DNA of 64,000 nt. It comes from Alphaproteobacteria bacterium. GTDB taxonomy: Bacteria > Pseudomonadota > Alphaproteobacteria > Bin95. A program made the position numbers and the translations under genes. Of this stretch, positions 29,590-38,406 are shown piece after piece. The number at the start of each line of letters is the position of its first letter. Position 1 is the first letter of the stretch. The stretch spans positions 6,617 to 70,616 of the forward strand of contig JAURGE010000008.1 of NCBI GenBank assembly GCA_030833925.1, in the 5' to 3' direction. Below the pieces are notes generated by a model. It made no database searches. It saw nothing but the letters and a program-made list of their open reading frames with translations, and had not been told where the DNA came from.

Positions 29590-31649
29590 CTTGGACGATT
29601 GGTGTCGATGTGGGAGGCACTTTTACCGATTTCCACGCGCGCAATGAGGCCACAGGTAAAGAAATTGTATTTAAGCGCCCTTCAACCCCTCATGACCCTG
29701 GCGAGGCAATCCTTAAGGGCCTGGAGGAAATGGAACAGGCACATGACCTGCATCTGACCGAGGTCGAGAGGATTGCTCATGGGACTACTGTAGCTACTAA
29801 TGCACTTATTCAAAGAAAAGGTGCACCCATCGCTGCAGTTGCAACCAAGGGCTTTAAGGATTTGCTTGAGATAGGTCGCCAAGTGCGGCCTCACATGTAC
29901 GATCTCAATCTCGATAAGCCTGCGCCTCTCGCCAGTGAAACAATGCGGTTTGAGGTTGCTGAAAGGTTAAATTGGCAAGGAGAGGTGGTTACCCCTCTCA
30001 CCGACGCGGAAGCGACAAAAGTGGCTCAAGAAGTCGTGAATAGCGGCGCAGAAGCAGTGGCCATCTGCTTTTTATTTGCATACCTCAACCCTACGCATGA
30101 GAGAAAATTACGGGACGCGATCCTTACCTTGAAACCAAACATGCGCATATCACTTGCATCCGATGTGCAGCCTGAGTTTCGGGAATATGAAAGGTTCCAA
30201 ACAACCGCGATAAATGCCTATCTTCAGCCCTTGTTGGCTAGTTATGTGGAGCAGCTGGCCAAAGGGTTAACCAATAGCGTCGGTTCCGCAACTCTGGGGA
30301 TCAACCAGTCTTCAGGTGGCTTAATGTCTGCAGAAAGGACAGCTGCATTTCCAGTTCGCACCGCGTTGTCTGGTCCCGCTGCTGGGGCAGTTGGAGCTGC
30401 GCACATTGCACGTGATGCCGAACGTCCATTCGTTATTACCCTGGACATGGGAGGAACATCGGCTGATGTGGCCTTGATTACTGATGGCGACACCGAAATT
30501 ACCTTTCAACGGGATGTTGCCGGCTTTCCTATTCGGCTCGCGATGGTAGACATCGATACCGTCGGCGCTGGAGGTGGCTCTATCGCCTGGTTTGAGCGCG
30601 ATGGACTATTGAAAGTAGGTCCAATCAGCGCCGGCGCTGTGCCAGGTCCAGCCTGCTATGGGCAAGGTGGTACGGAACCAACGGTAACTGATGCCAATCT
30701 CGTCTTAGGCCGATTGTCAGAAGCAGGCCTATTGGATGGCACCCTGCCTTTAAATAGAGAGTCAGCAATCTCTGCTGTACAATCAATTGCAGACCGTATC
30801 GGCGTTTCTTTGGAAGAAGCATCCCTCGGAATACTGGCAATAGCTGTTTCCAATATGAGCCGATCAGTGCGTCGAATGTCGGTTGAGCGAGGGCACGACC
30901 CCCGCGATTTCACTCTAATGGCGTTCGGTGGCGCTGGACCGTTACATGCAAGAGATGTGGCGGCAGAGCTTGGCATGTCCGAAGTTTTAGTCCCGCCCGC
31001 GCCAGGGATTGTCTGTGCGCAGGGCTTGCTCGTGTCGGACCAGAAAGAAGACTTTGTAGCGAGCGTACGTCTACCTCTGACAGAAGGAGCAATGTCAGAG
31101 GCAGTCAAAACTATCTCTGAACTTACAGAGAGGGCCCATTCCTGGTTTAAGGCTGAGCGCCTCCCAGAAGGGGGCAGATCTATGCAATTGTCTTTAGATC
31201 TACGCTATGTTGGTCAGAACTTTGAGCTAATTGTCCCAGCGGCATCGGGGCCTAATCTTACCTCTGACGACCTCCCCGACGCCAAAACCCTCGTCACTCT
31301 GTTTTTCGCCGCTCATGATCGCGCCTACGGCTTTCACGATAAAAACGCGCCCGTTGAAATCATAAACTTCCGAATGACAGCACGTGGACGGCTTTATGAT
31401 CCATCTATGAAATTAGAGTATGAACAGAACGCCCGCTTACCCTTGCCTGAAAAAACGCGTCCTGTTTGGTTCGATAACTCTGAAGCCATCGAAACACCTG
31501 TTTATCGTCGTGAAAAACTACGTCCCGGCGTTCGGTTTAAAGGGCCCGCAATTATAGATCAGCTAGACGCCACAACACCGATATTTCCTGGAGATAAGGT
31601 CGAAGTTCTGGCTGAAGGCTCCATTCTAATCCAGCTGAATGGAGAATGA
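29586..31649 (+). CDS. Hydantoinase/oxoprolinase subunit A (HyuA-like, ATP-binding)
   Basis: IGVDVGGTFTD, HGTTVATNA, SGPAAG, DMGGTSAD, GAGGGS, PGPACYG, FGGAGPLH. Confidence 0.93.
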   Translation: MTWTIGVDVGGTFTDFHARNEATGKEIVFKRPSTPHDPGEAILKGLEEMEQAHDLHLTEVERIAHGTTVATNALIQRKGAPIAAVATKGFKDLLEIGRQVRPHMYDLNLDKPAPLASETMRFEVAERLNWQGEVVTPLTDAEATKVAQEVVNSGAEAVAICFLFAYLNPTHERKLRDAILTLKPNMRISLASDVQPEFREYERFQTTAINAYLQPLLASYVEQLAKGLTNSVGSATLGINQSSGGLMSAERTAAFPVRTALSGPAAGAVGAAHIARDAERPFVITLDMGGTSADVALITDGDTEITFQRDVAGFPIRLAMVDIDTVGAGGGSIAWFERDGLLKVGPISAGAVPGPACYGQGGTEPTVTDANLVLGRLSEAGLLDGTLPLNRESAISAVQSIADRIGVSLEEASLGILAIAVSNMSRSVRRMSVERGHDPRDFTLMAFGGAGPLHARDVAAELGMSEVLVPPAPGIVCAQGLLVSDQKEDFVASVRLPLTEGAMSEAVKTISELTERAHSWFKAERLPEGGRSMQLSLDLRYVGQNFELIVPAASGPNLTSDDLPDAKTLVTLFFAAHDRAYGFHDKNAPVEIINFRMTARGRLYDPSMKLEYEQNARLPLPEKTRPVWFDNSEAIETPVYRREKLRPGVRFKGPAIIDQLDATTPIFPGDKVEVLAEGSILIQLNGE

Positions 31650-31652
31650 ACG

Positions 31653-33242
31653 ATGCGAGAGCTTGATGCGATCGGCTTAGAAATTCTCTCCAATGCTCTA
31701 AAATCGATCAATGACGAGTGTTTTGTAGCTCTAATGAAGGCTAGTTATTCAACGAACATAAAAGAACGGCACGACCATTCGACCGCAATCATGAGTGCAA
31801 ATGGTGAGTTGATTGCACAAGCTGATATGAGCTTACCAATCCATGTTGCATCCATGAGTGGATTGATGCGCTGCCTGCTTGAAAAATATAAATCCGATAT
31901 TCACGAGGGTGACATTTTCGTTGCTAATGACCCCCATACCGCTGGCGGCACCCATCTGCCCGACGTTAACTTTGCTGCCCCAGTTTTCATAGACGGTGAG
32001 CTCGTTGGCTATGTCTGTAACATAGCCCACCACGCTGATATTGGTGGGATGGCAGCAGGGTCCATGTCTGGGGGCATGACTGAAATTTATCAGGAAGGTC
32101 TTAGGATCCCGGTAACCAGGATTGCTCGGCACGATGAAATAAACCAAGAAATTCTGGATATTTTTCTCTTAAATGCCCGAGCGCCTCAGGAGCGCCGTGG
32201 TGATTATTACGCCCAAATAGCAGCTGCTAAACTAGGTGTTCGTCGTCTCAATGAGTTAGGACGTCGATACGGTGCCAAGCTCTTGCGAGAGGGCTTCCAG
32301 CAGTTACTCGCCCGCTCTGCTAACCGCATGGCGCTTGCCCTTAAAGAAGTGCCCGACGGCGTTTATCAATTTGAAGACTTCATGGATGACGATGGTGTCG
32401 AAACTACTGACGTGGTCTTAAAAGTTCGCATTGAGGCAAAAGCTGGAAAGCTTACTTTTGATTTTACTGGAACAGCGCCGCAAACAGCTGGCAACATCAA
32501 TATGACTCTGAACGCCACTCAATCAGCCGTCATTTTTGCAATCAAATCTCTACTTGATCCTGAAGCACCAAATACTCAGGCCGTAATTGATTGTGTTGAT
32601 GTAATAGTCCCGGAAGGTACAGTTGCGAGTGCAGTCTTTCCAGCATCAGTTGCTGGTCGCGCTCATACATGCCAGAGGGTAATCGATGTTGTTATGGGAG
32701 CCCTCGCTCCAGCTTTACCAAACCTTGTACCAGCCGCACCAAACGGAGCTAATACGATGGCGGTTTTCTCAGGCATCGATCCCCGATCAGGACAACCTTA
32801 CGTCTATTTAGAAACAATCGGCGGTGGCGCTGGCGGGCGACCAACAAAACCAGGTAAGGACGGCGTGCAAACGGGCATCACCAATACATCCAATCTGCCA
32901 GTTGAAGCCATAGAAAATGAATATCCACTCATGGTTCTAGAATATGGACTCGCACCCAATTCAGGCGGGAAAGGTAAGCACCCTGGAGGTCGAGGGATAA
33001 GACGAATTGTAAAACCTATCGGCCATCGATGTGTTTTTAATGGCGTAGGCGAAAGGTTCCGTAATCCACCCTGGGGACTCGCTGGCGGCGAAAACGGCGG
33101 CAGAGGTCGTTTTGCAATGCTCGATCAGCAGTCCAATGAAGCTCCCCTTCCAGGTAAAACCGGAGACAGGATCATAGCGGATGGGGGAGCTGTGTTGATG
33201 GACTCACCAGGAGCTGGCGGATGGGGGCATCCTAAAAATTAG
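31653..33242 (+). CDS. Hydantoinase B/oxoprolinase subunit (HyuB-like)
   Basis: STNIKERHD, PIHVAS, NDPHTAGGTHLPD, HHADIGG, EIYQEG, PGAGGWG. Confidence 0.93.
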   Translation: MRELDAIGLEILSNALKSINDECFVALMKASYSTNIKERHDHSTAIMSANGELIAQADMSLPIHVASMSGLMRCLLEKYKSDIHEGDIFVANDPHTAGGTHLPDVNFAAPVFIDGELVGYVCNIAHHADIGGMAAGSMSGGMTEIYQEGLRIPVTRIARHDEINQEILDIFLLNARAPQERRGDYYAQIAAAKLGVRRLNELGRRYGAKLLREGFQQLLARSANRMALALKEVPDGVYQFEDFMDDDGVETTDVVLKVRIEAKAGKLTFDFTGTAPQTAGNINMTLNATQSAVIFAIKSLLDPEAPNTQAVIDCVDVIVPEGTVASAVFPASVAGRAHTCQRVIDVVMGALAPALPNLVPAAPNGANTMAVFSGIDPRSGQPYVYLETIGGGAGGRPTKPGKDGVQTGITNTSNLPVEAIENEYPLMVLEYGLAPNSGGKGKHPGGRGIRRIVKPIGHRCVFNGVGERFRNPPWGLAGGENGGRGRFAMLDQQSNEAPLPGKTGDRIIADGGAVLMDSPGAGGWGHPKN

Positions 33243-33380
33243 ATTACATAAAAAAACCATCACGCCGCGTTGAAGCCTGCCTCTGCAATCGGCAGTAATT
33301 TTATAAAACAAAAAAGCTGCATGCTTGCTCATTTGAATAGCCAGAGATAGCTTCGACTTGTTGAATAGTCGGAGCTAAAA

Positions 33381-33869
33381 ATGTCTCAGCGGTATTTCCC
33401 AATTTCATGGGATGAATTGCACCGTGACGCTCGCGCACTTGCCTGGCGACTTATGGAACTTAGCCCTTTTGATCGTATTGCGGCCATAACCAGGGGCGGT
33501 CTTGCACCTGCAGCCATCATTGCCCGTGAATTAGATATCCGATTAGTGGATACAATTTGTGTTGTCTCTTACCGCGAAATTGAAGGGGAAAAGGCCGAAG
33601 AACGTGGTGATATAACCATTCTGAAAGGCTTGGATGGAGATGGGACGGGATTACTTGTGATTGACGATCTCGTTGATAGTGGCGAAACAGCCAAGACAGT
33701 CAAACGGATGTTGCCAAACGCCCACTTAGCGACGGTTTATGCTAAGCCAGCTGGACTCGCAGTTGTCGATACGTACGTCACGTTAGTCAGCCAAGATACA
33801 TGGATTGTCTTTCCGTGGGATGAGGGAGAAACGATCGCGAAAGCACATGCAGCGGGCAAGCGCCCATAA
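33381..33869 (+). CDS. gpt: Xanthine-guanine phosphoribosyltransferase
   Basis: [34 protein letters not shown] (PRPP loop), [12 protein letters not shown]. Confidence 0.93.
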   Translation: MSQRYFPISWDELHRDARALAWRLMELSPFDRIAAITRGGLAPAAIIARELDIRLVDTICVVSYREIEGEKAEERGDITILKGLDGDGTGLLVIDDLVDSGETAKTVKRMLPNAHLATVYAKPAGLAVVDTYVTLVSQDTWIVFPWDEGETIAKAHAAGKRP

Positions 33870-33876
33870 ACCACCT

Positions 33877-34122
33877 CTAGTACCTTTTGGCTCCCACGTA
33901 GATACAAGCGATCTCCTCATCGCCCAGTGCACGGCTAGCTTCCAAGCGATGCAAACCTTCTACCAGGATGACTTTTTCCCCGTCCTGACGAACCTGGATC
34001 GGGATTTTTAACCCCTCTTCCATAACACTCTCTGCCAATTGATCGACTTTCGTCTGATCCAACGTACGCTTCCGCTTAGCCGGAACATAAACATCCGCGA
34101 TAGCAATCGTCTTTGTTTCCAT
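33877..34122 (-). CDS. Small stand-alone ParB/Srx N-terminal domain protein (81 aa)
   Basis: VDQLAESVMEEGLKIPIQVR...LVEGLHRLEASRALG matches the ParB box I/II pattern. SD GGGGAG before ATG 34122. Confidence 0.82.
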   Translation of the reverse strand: METKTIAIADVYVPAKRKRTLDQTKVDQLAESVMEEGLKIPIQVRQDGEKVILVEGLHRLEASRALGDEEIACIYVGAKRY

Positions 34123-34175
34123 CAACAACTCCCCTCTGCAAACATGCTAACGCTCATCGCGCAATGAAGCGACTA

Positions 34176-35207
34176 CTATGACTCTCCAAAAGTTGTTGGC
34201 AGCCCGATGCTTTTGAGGATGCGTTCCACGCCTTGAGGTGCGGTAATTTCACTCGCACATACCGCTCTGTTAACCTCTTTGAGTAACGTTTGAATTTCGT
34301 TCTGGGCCAAGTAACCACGAAGAAGGCGCTCCTCTAACATTGCGCGCATCCAACCACCTTGTTGATCCTGACGCCGTCGATCAAAACCTCCGTTTTCGAT
34401 CATAATTTTTCGGTGACGATCAATCTCTCCCCAAAGGGCATCGAGGCCTTCCCCTGAAATACCACTGCATTTCACAACCGGAGGAGACCAGTCTTGTGAA
34501 ACGGGCACCATGATATGAAGTGCCGCTGAATATTCCCGCCTAGCTGCCTCTGCTCGGGATGCATTATCACCATCAGCTTTATTGACGGCAATCATATCTG
34601 CTATTTCAAGGAGGCCTTTCTTGATACCTTGAAGCTCATCGCCAGCCCCAGGCAGCATAAGTGCCAGAAAAAAGTCCGTCATATCAGCAACGGTTATTTC
34701 TGATTGACCAACTCCTACAGTCTCTACCAGTACCACGTCATATCCGGCAGCTTCCATTACAACCATGCTCTCACGGGTTGCCCGCGCGACACCACCAAGT
34801 GTTCCGGATGAAGGCGAAGGTCGAATGAATGCCTTCGGATTAGCCGCAAGGTTTGCCATCCTAGTTTTGTCGCCAAGAATACTACCTTGGGTTCTTGATG
34901 AAGTTGGGTCTACAGCCAGGACAGCTACTTTTCTGCCTGCATTTATAAGGCGTTGACCAAGCCCTTCGATAAATGTGCTTTTTCCTACGCCAGGTACGCC
35001 CGTGATGCCAACGCGATAGGACTGACCCGCATGGGGTAAAAGACGGCGAAGCATCTCCTGAGCCGACTGACGTCGAGAAGGATTATTGCTTTCTACAAGA
35101 GTTACAGCCCGGCCAATAGCGGCCCTGTCACCAGCCCGCACACCATCTACCAGCTCTGAGACCGTCTTCTCGTAGCGTTGACTGGGTGAGTTTGGTTCGG
35201 ACGTCAT
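34176..35207 (-). CDS. meaB: Methylmalonyl-CoA mutase-associated GTPase (MeaB/ArgK)
   Basis: GITGVPGVGKST, LAVDPTS, GSILGDKTRM, ETVGVGQSE, GDELQGIKKG, NKAD. True start MTSEP at 35207 with SD AAGGTG. Confidence 0.93.
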   Translation of the reverse strand: MTSEPNSPSQRYEKTVSELVDGVRAGDRAAIGRAVTLVESNNPSRRQSAQEMLRRLLPHAGQSYRVGITGVPGVGKSTFIEGLGQRLINAGRKVAVLAVDPTSSRTQGSILGDKTRMANLAANPKAFIRPSPSSGTLGGVARATRESMVVMEAAGYDVVLVETVGVGQSEITVADMTDFFLALMLPGAGDELQGIKKGLLEIADMIAVNKADGDNASRAEAARREYSAALHIMVPVSQDWSPPVVKCSGISGEGLDALWGEIDRHRKIMIENGGFDRRRQDQQGGWMRAMLEERLLRGYLAQNEIQTLLKEVNRAVCASEITAPQGVERILKSIGLPTTFGES

Positions 35208-35236
35208 CACCTTTTTACTGACATAAAAGGGAACGA

Positions 35237-35311
35237 TGGTGGGCGCGACTGGGATTGAACCAGTGACCCCTGCCGTGTGAAGGCAGTGCTCTCCCGCTGA
35301 GCTACGCGCCC
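35237..35311 (-). tRNA. tRNA-Val (anticodon CAC), CCA encoded
   Basis: GGGCGCGTAGCTCAGCGGGAGAGCACTGCCTTCACACGGCAGGGGTCACTGGTTCAATCCCAGTCGCGCCCACCA folds as a cloverleaf with anticodon arm CTGCC-TTCACAC-GGCAG. Confidence 0.97.
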
Positions 35312-35468
35312 GATTGCACCGGGTTGCAAGGATTGCGGATAAGGCATCGTAATTATTACCGTCAATTATGTGGCTTTTAGCTTTGCCTGTTAAAATTAAG
35401 CAATATCGGCATTTCGTCCAGGCCGAATTGAAGTGCGTCAAGCATCTACTTCGATGGAGATTTATTTC

Positions 35469-36317
35469 ATGATCAGTGGGAAATTACTTCTTGTGGCCTT
35501 GCTGATAATGGCCTCACCGGTTGCAGAGGCCGCGAAGTTAATCTCAAAAGAAGGACGATTTTCATACTCCGGTTACATTGGTGGTTTAAAGATTGGGACA
35601 GCTAGCGTTGATGTTGCCATGGACGACAGCAAATACGCCGTTGAACTCAAGATGAAAACTGGTGGTGTAATTGGATGGTTTGTCGAATGGCTTCATAGAT
35701 CATCAGCTTTCGGATTAGTTCAGGATCAAGGCAATTTTCCGTTATCACCAAACGCGTATCGCAACCAAAGTGTATGGGAAGAGAAGGAGCGACTTCTCGA
35801 GATTATTTTTTCCTCGGGTAATGCAAAAATCCTTCTTGCTAATCCTCATCCTATCGATGACGAAAGACGCGAGCCAATTCCAGAGGAAAAACGACAGAAT
35901 ACGGTCGATCCACTTACAGCTCTTATTGGAGTGAGTCGGATGATTGAAGAAAAGGGAACCTGCAAATCTACCTTCGATATATTTGATGGCAGACGACTTT
36001 TTCAGCTTCGCATTGAAGATAAGGGCATAGTAAAAACTTCTAAAAATCGCTATGCGCCGTTTGGTGGCGACGCACGACGTTGCGATTTCGCCTTCAAACA
36101 AACGGCTGGGTTTAAGCGCTTAAAAGAAGAAAAACCAAATAAAGGAAGTTTCTACTTCAGGCATGTTAATGATCATTCTGTTATCATGCCCATTAAGGTA
36201 AAAGCGGAATCAAATTATGGCGACCTCATAATCCATTTAAGAAATGTTGAGAGCATAGGTCCTGAATTTATCAAAAAAATAACCCGACAATTTTCTGACG
36301 CGGAAAAAGCTCAATGA
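35469..36317 (+). CDS. DUF3108 family exported protein
   Basis: Signal peptide; YSGYIGGLKIG, VDPLTAL, IFDGRRLF motifs; SD GGAGA before ATG 35469. Confidence 0.75.
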   Translation: MISGKLLLVALLIMASPVAEAAKLISKEGRFSYSGYIGGLKIGTASVDVAMDDSKYAVELKMKTGGVIGWFVEWLHRSSAFGLVQDQGNFPLSPNAYRNQSVWEEKERLLEIIFSSGNAKILLANPHPIDDERREPIPEEKRQNTVDPLTALIGVSRMIEEKGTCKSTFDIFDGRRLFQLRIEDKGIVKTSKNRYAPFGGDARRCDFAFKQTAGFKRLKEEKPNKGSFYFRHVNDHSVIMPIKVKAESNYGDLIIHLRNVESIGPEFIKKITRQFSDAEKAQ

Positions 36318-37336
36318 TCAACCTCTTTAGCGACACTCAAACGAAGCCCTCGGCAGCTATGCGCAAGGCCATGTTAGAGGCAGAAGTTGGGGACGAACAA
36401 AGAGGCGAAGATCCAACCGTTAACGAACTCTGCGAACGCGTTGCAGACCTTTTGGGGAAGGAGGCTGCAGTCTTCCTTCCCTCAGGCACAATGTGCAACG
36501 AAATTGCATTGCTCGTTCACTGCCGCCCAGGCGATGAAATCCTGTGCGATAGGACCTCACATATCCTCAACTATGAAGCAGGCGGTCCGGCTGCATTGGC
36601 CGGTGCAGTTATGACTCCAATCGATGGCGAACGAGGAATTTATTCAGCGGAGCAGCTTAAGGCTGCTATCCGCCCGGAACACCGTTACGGACCACGTACA
36701 CGCGTTGTGGAAATTGAGAACACGGCCAATATGGGGGGCGGCCGCATCTGGCCAATGCAGACGCTTAATGCTGTCACCGACGTTGCAAAGGAAAATGGTC
36801 TGATCGTTCATTTGGATGGTGCAAGATTAATGAATGCAGTGGTCGCATCGGAGATTTCGGCAAAGGACTATGCAGCCGGATCCGACACTGCGTGGATTGA
36901 CTTTTCAAAGGGTCTTGGCGCGCCAGTGGGTGCTGCACTGGCAGGCTCGAAAGACTTCATAGAAGAGGCGTGGCGATGGAAGCAGCGCCTTGGTGGCGCT
37001 ATGCGTCAAGCTGGAATCATTGCTGCGGCCGGGCTGTATAGTTTGGACCACCATATCCCCCTGCTAGCAGCGGACAATGAAAATGCTAAAATTTTTGCTG
37101 AGAGAATTGCTAACAGCACTAGATTTGCGATTGATCCTACGACAGTCGACACAAACATCGTCATTTTTGAACTCGCCAACGGCGAAGACGCACAAGTCTT
37201 TTGTAACAGACTAGAAATTGAGGCGGGCGTTCGGATTGGCGCCATTGGCCCATCAACCTTACGCGCTGTCACACACCTGGACGTGAATAAAAAATCTGTA
37301 GTTGCAGCTGCAGAGCTCTTACTGCTTATGAGCTGA
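36314..37336 (+). CDS. ltaE: Low-specificity L-threonine aldolase family
   Basis: FSDTQTKPS, GEDPTV, PSGTMCN, ENTAN, HLDGAR, FSKGLGAPVG (PLP Lys), GGAMRQAG, RAVTHLD. Confidence 0.88.
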   Translation: MINLFSDTQTKPSAAMRKAMLEAEVGDEQRGEDPTVNELCERVADLLGKEAAVFLPSGTMCNEIALLVHCRPGDEILCDRTSHILNYEAGGPAALAGAVMTPIDGERGIYSAEQLKAAIRPEHRYGPRTRVVEIENTANMGGGRIWPMQTLNAVTDVAKENGLIVHLDGARLMNAVVASEISAKDYAAGSDTAWIDFSKGLGAPVGAALAGSKDFIEEAWRWKQRLGGAMRQAGIIAAAGLYSLDHHIPLLAADNENAKIFAERIANSTRFAIDPTTVDTNIVIFELANGEDAQVFCNRLEIEAGVRIGAIGPSTLRAVTHLDVNKKSVVAAAELLLLMS

Positions 37337-37511
37337 TCTAAATGAGAAGACATCGCGAGAGATGCAGTAGTTAACCTGTGAAGGGTGTTGTTCATTTACG
37401 CTTAAACTAATGGACTAGCCTTGAGAGATTGACGCAATGAACATATGTCTGCAGGCCTAACCATTTTGGGGCGCAATTCCGCCCAAAGGCATCTCAACAG
37501 CAATGCTGTGA

Positions 37512-37541
37512 TTTACAAACTATTACCTAAGGTCCTATATC
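37512..37541 (+). promoter_or_regulatory. Putative sigma70 promoter of dapF (leaderless mRNA)
   Basis: TTTACA at 37512-37517 and CCTATATC ending at 37541, 7 nt before ATG 37549. No SD upstream. Confidence 0.45.
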
Positions 37542-37548
37542 CCGCGTC

Positions 37549-38406
37549 ATGTCTGACTCAAACTCCCCCTTAATGACTCCGTTTGTAAAAATGCACGGGC
37601 TAGGCAACGATTTTGTTGTCATAGACGCCCGCGACCGTGCCTTTCAACCGGATAAGGCACTAGCAGCCGCAATTGCTGACCGCAGGCTGGGTATTGGTTT
37701 CGATCAGATGTTGGTGATGCGCCCTCCGCGGGATCCACGCGCCGATATATTCATGTCGATATATAATGCTGATGGCGGAGAGGTAGAAGCTTGCGGCAAT
37801 GGCACCCGCTGCGTTGCTCGGCGGATAATGGCTGAGAGCGGGAGGTCCCGGGTAATCGTTGAAACTGTTGCTGGCCTCCTTGACGCCCATGCTGCACCTG
37901 AGGGTCAGGTAGCTGTTGATATGGGCTACGTCAGAACTGATTGGAGTGAAATTCCGCTTAAGGAAAGCTGCGATACACTCCATGTTCCACTAGAGCTTGG
38001 CCCCCTTTCTGACCCTGTTGCTGGTAATGTGGGGAATCCGCACGCTACATTTTTCGTTAATGATATTAATGAAATCGAACTCTCAAAACTCGGCCCGGTA
38101 CTGGAACACCATCCAATCTTCCCACAACGCGCAAATATAGGCGTTGTAGAGGTGATAGATCGAAATCATGCTCGCTTGCGGGTCTGGGAAAGGGGCGTTG
38201 GCGAGACCAAGGCTTGTGGCACTGGGGCTTGTGCAGCAGCTGTTGCTCTTGCGCGGAGGAATTTAACTGAACGAGAGGTCACAATAGACCTCCTAGGTGG
38301 CTCTCTTGAGCTTTCATGGCGCCCAGATGGCCATATCATCATGACCGGTCCTGCCGCATCTAGTTTCGTTGGAGCGTTCGACGTAGTAGAGCTAATGCGT
38401 CGATGA
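37549..38406 (+). CDS. dapF: Diaminopimelate epimerase
   Basis: KMHGLGNDF, EACGNGTRC, GNPH, WERGVGETKACGTGACA. Confidence 0.96.
   Translation: MSDSNSPLMTPFVKMHGLGNDFVVIDARDRAFQPDKALAAAIADRRLGIGFDQMLVMRPPRDPRADIFMSIYNADGGEVEACGNGTRCVARRIMAESGRSRVIVETVAGLLDAHAAPEGQVAVDMGYVRTDWSEIPLKESCDTLHVPLELGPLSDPVAGNVGNPHATFFVNDINEIELSKLGPVLEHHPIFPQRANIGVVEVIDRNHARLRVWERGVGETKACGTGACAAAVALARRNLTEREVTIDLLGGSLELSWRPDGHIIMTGPAASSFVGAFDVVELMRR

Noticed and set aside
35237..35311. tRNA-Val as integration site of a genomic island
   Set aside because: No integrase and no duplicated tRNA 3' end seen; flanks are housekeeping-like.
35208..35441. 78-codon N-terminal extension of meaB reading through the whole tRNA-Val
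   Set aside because: The extension is the tRNA and its promoter region read in frame by chance. MeaB homology and an SD begin at 35207.
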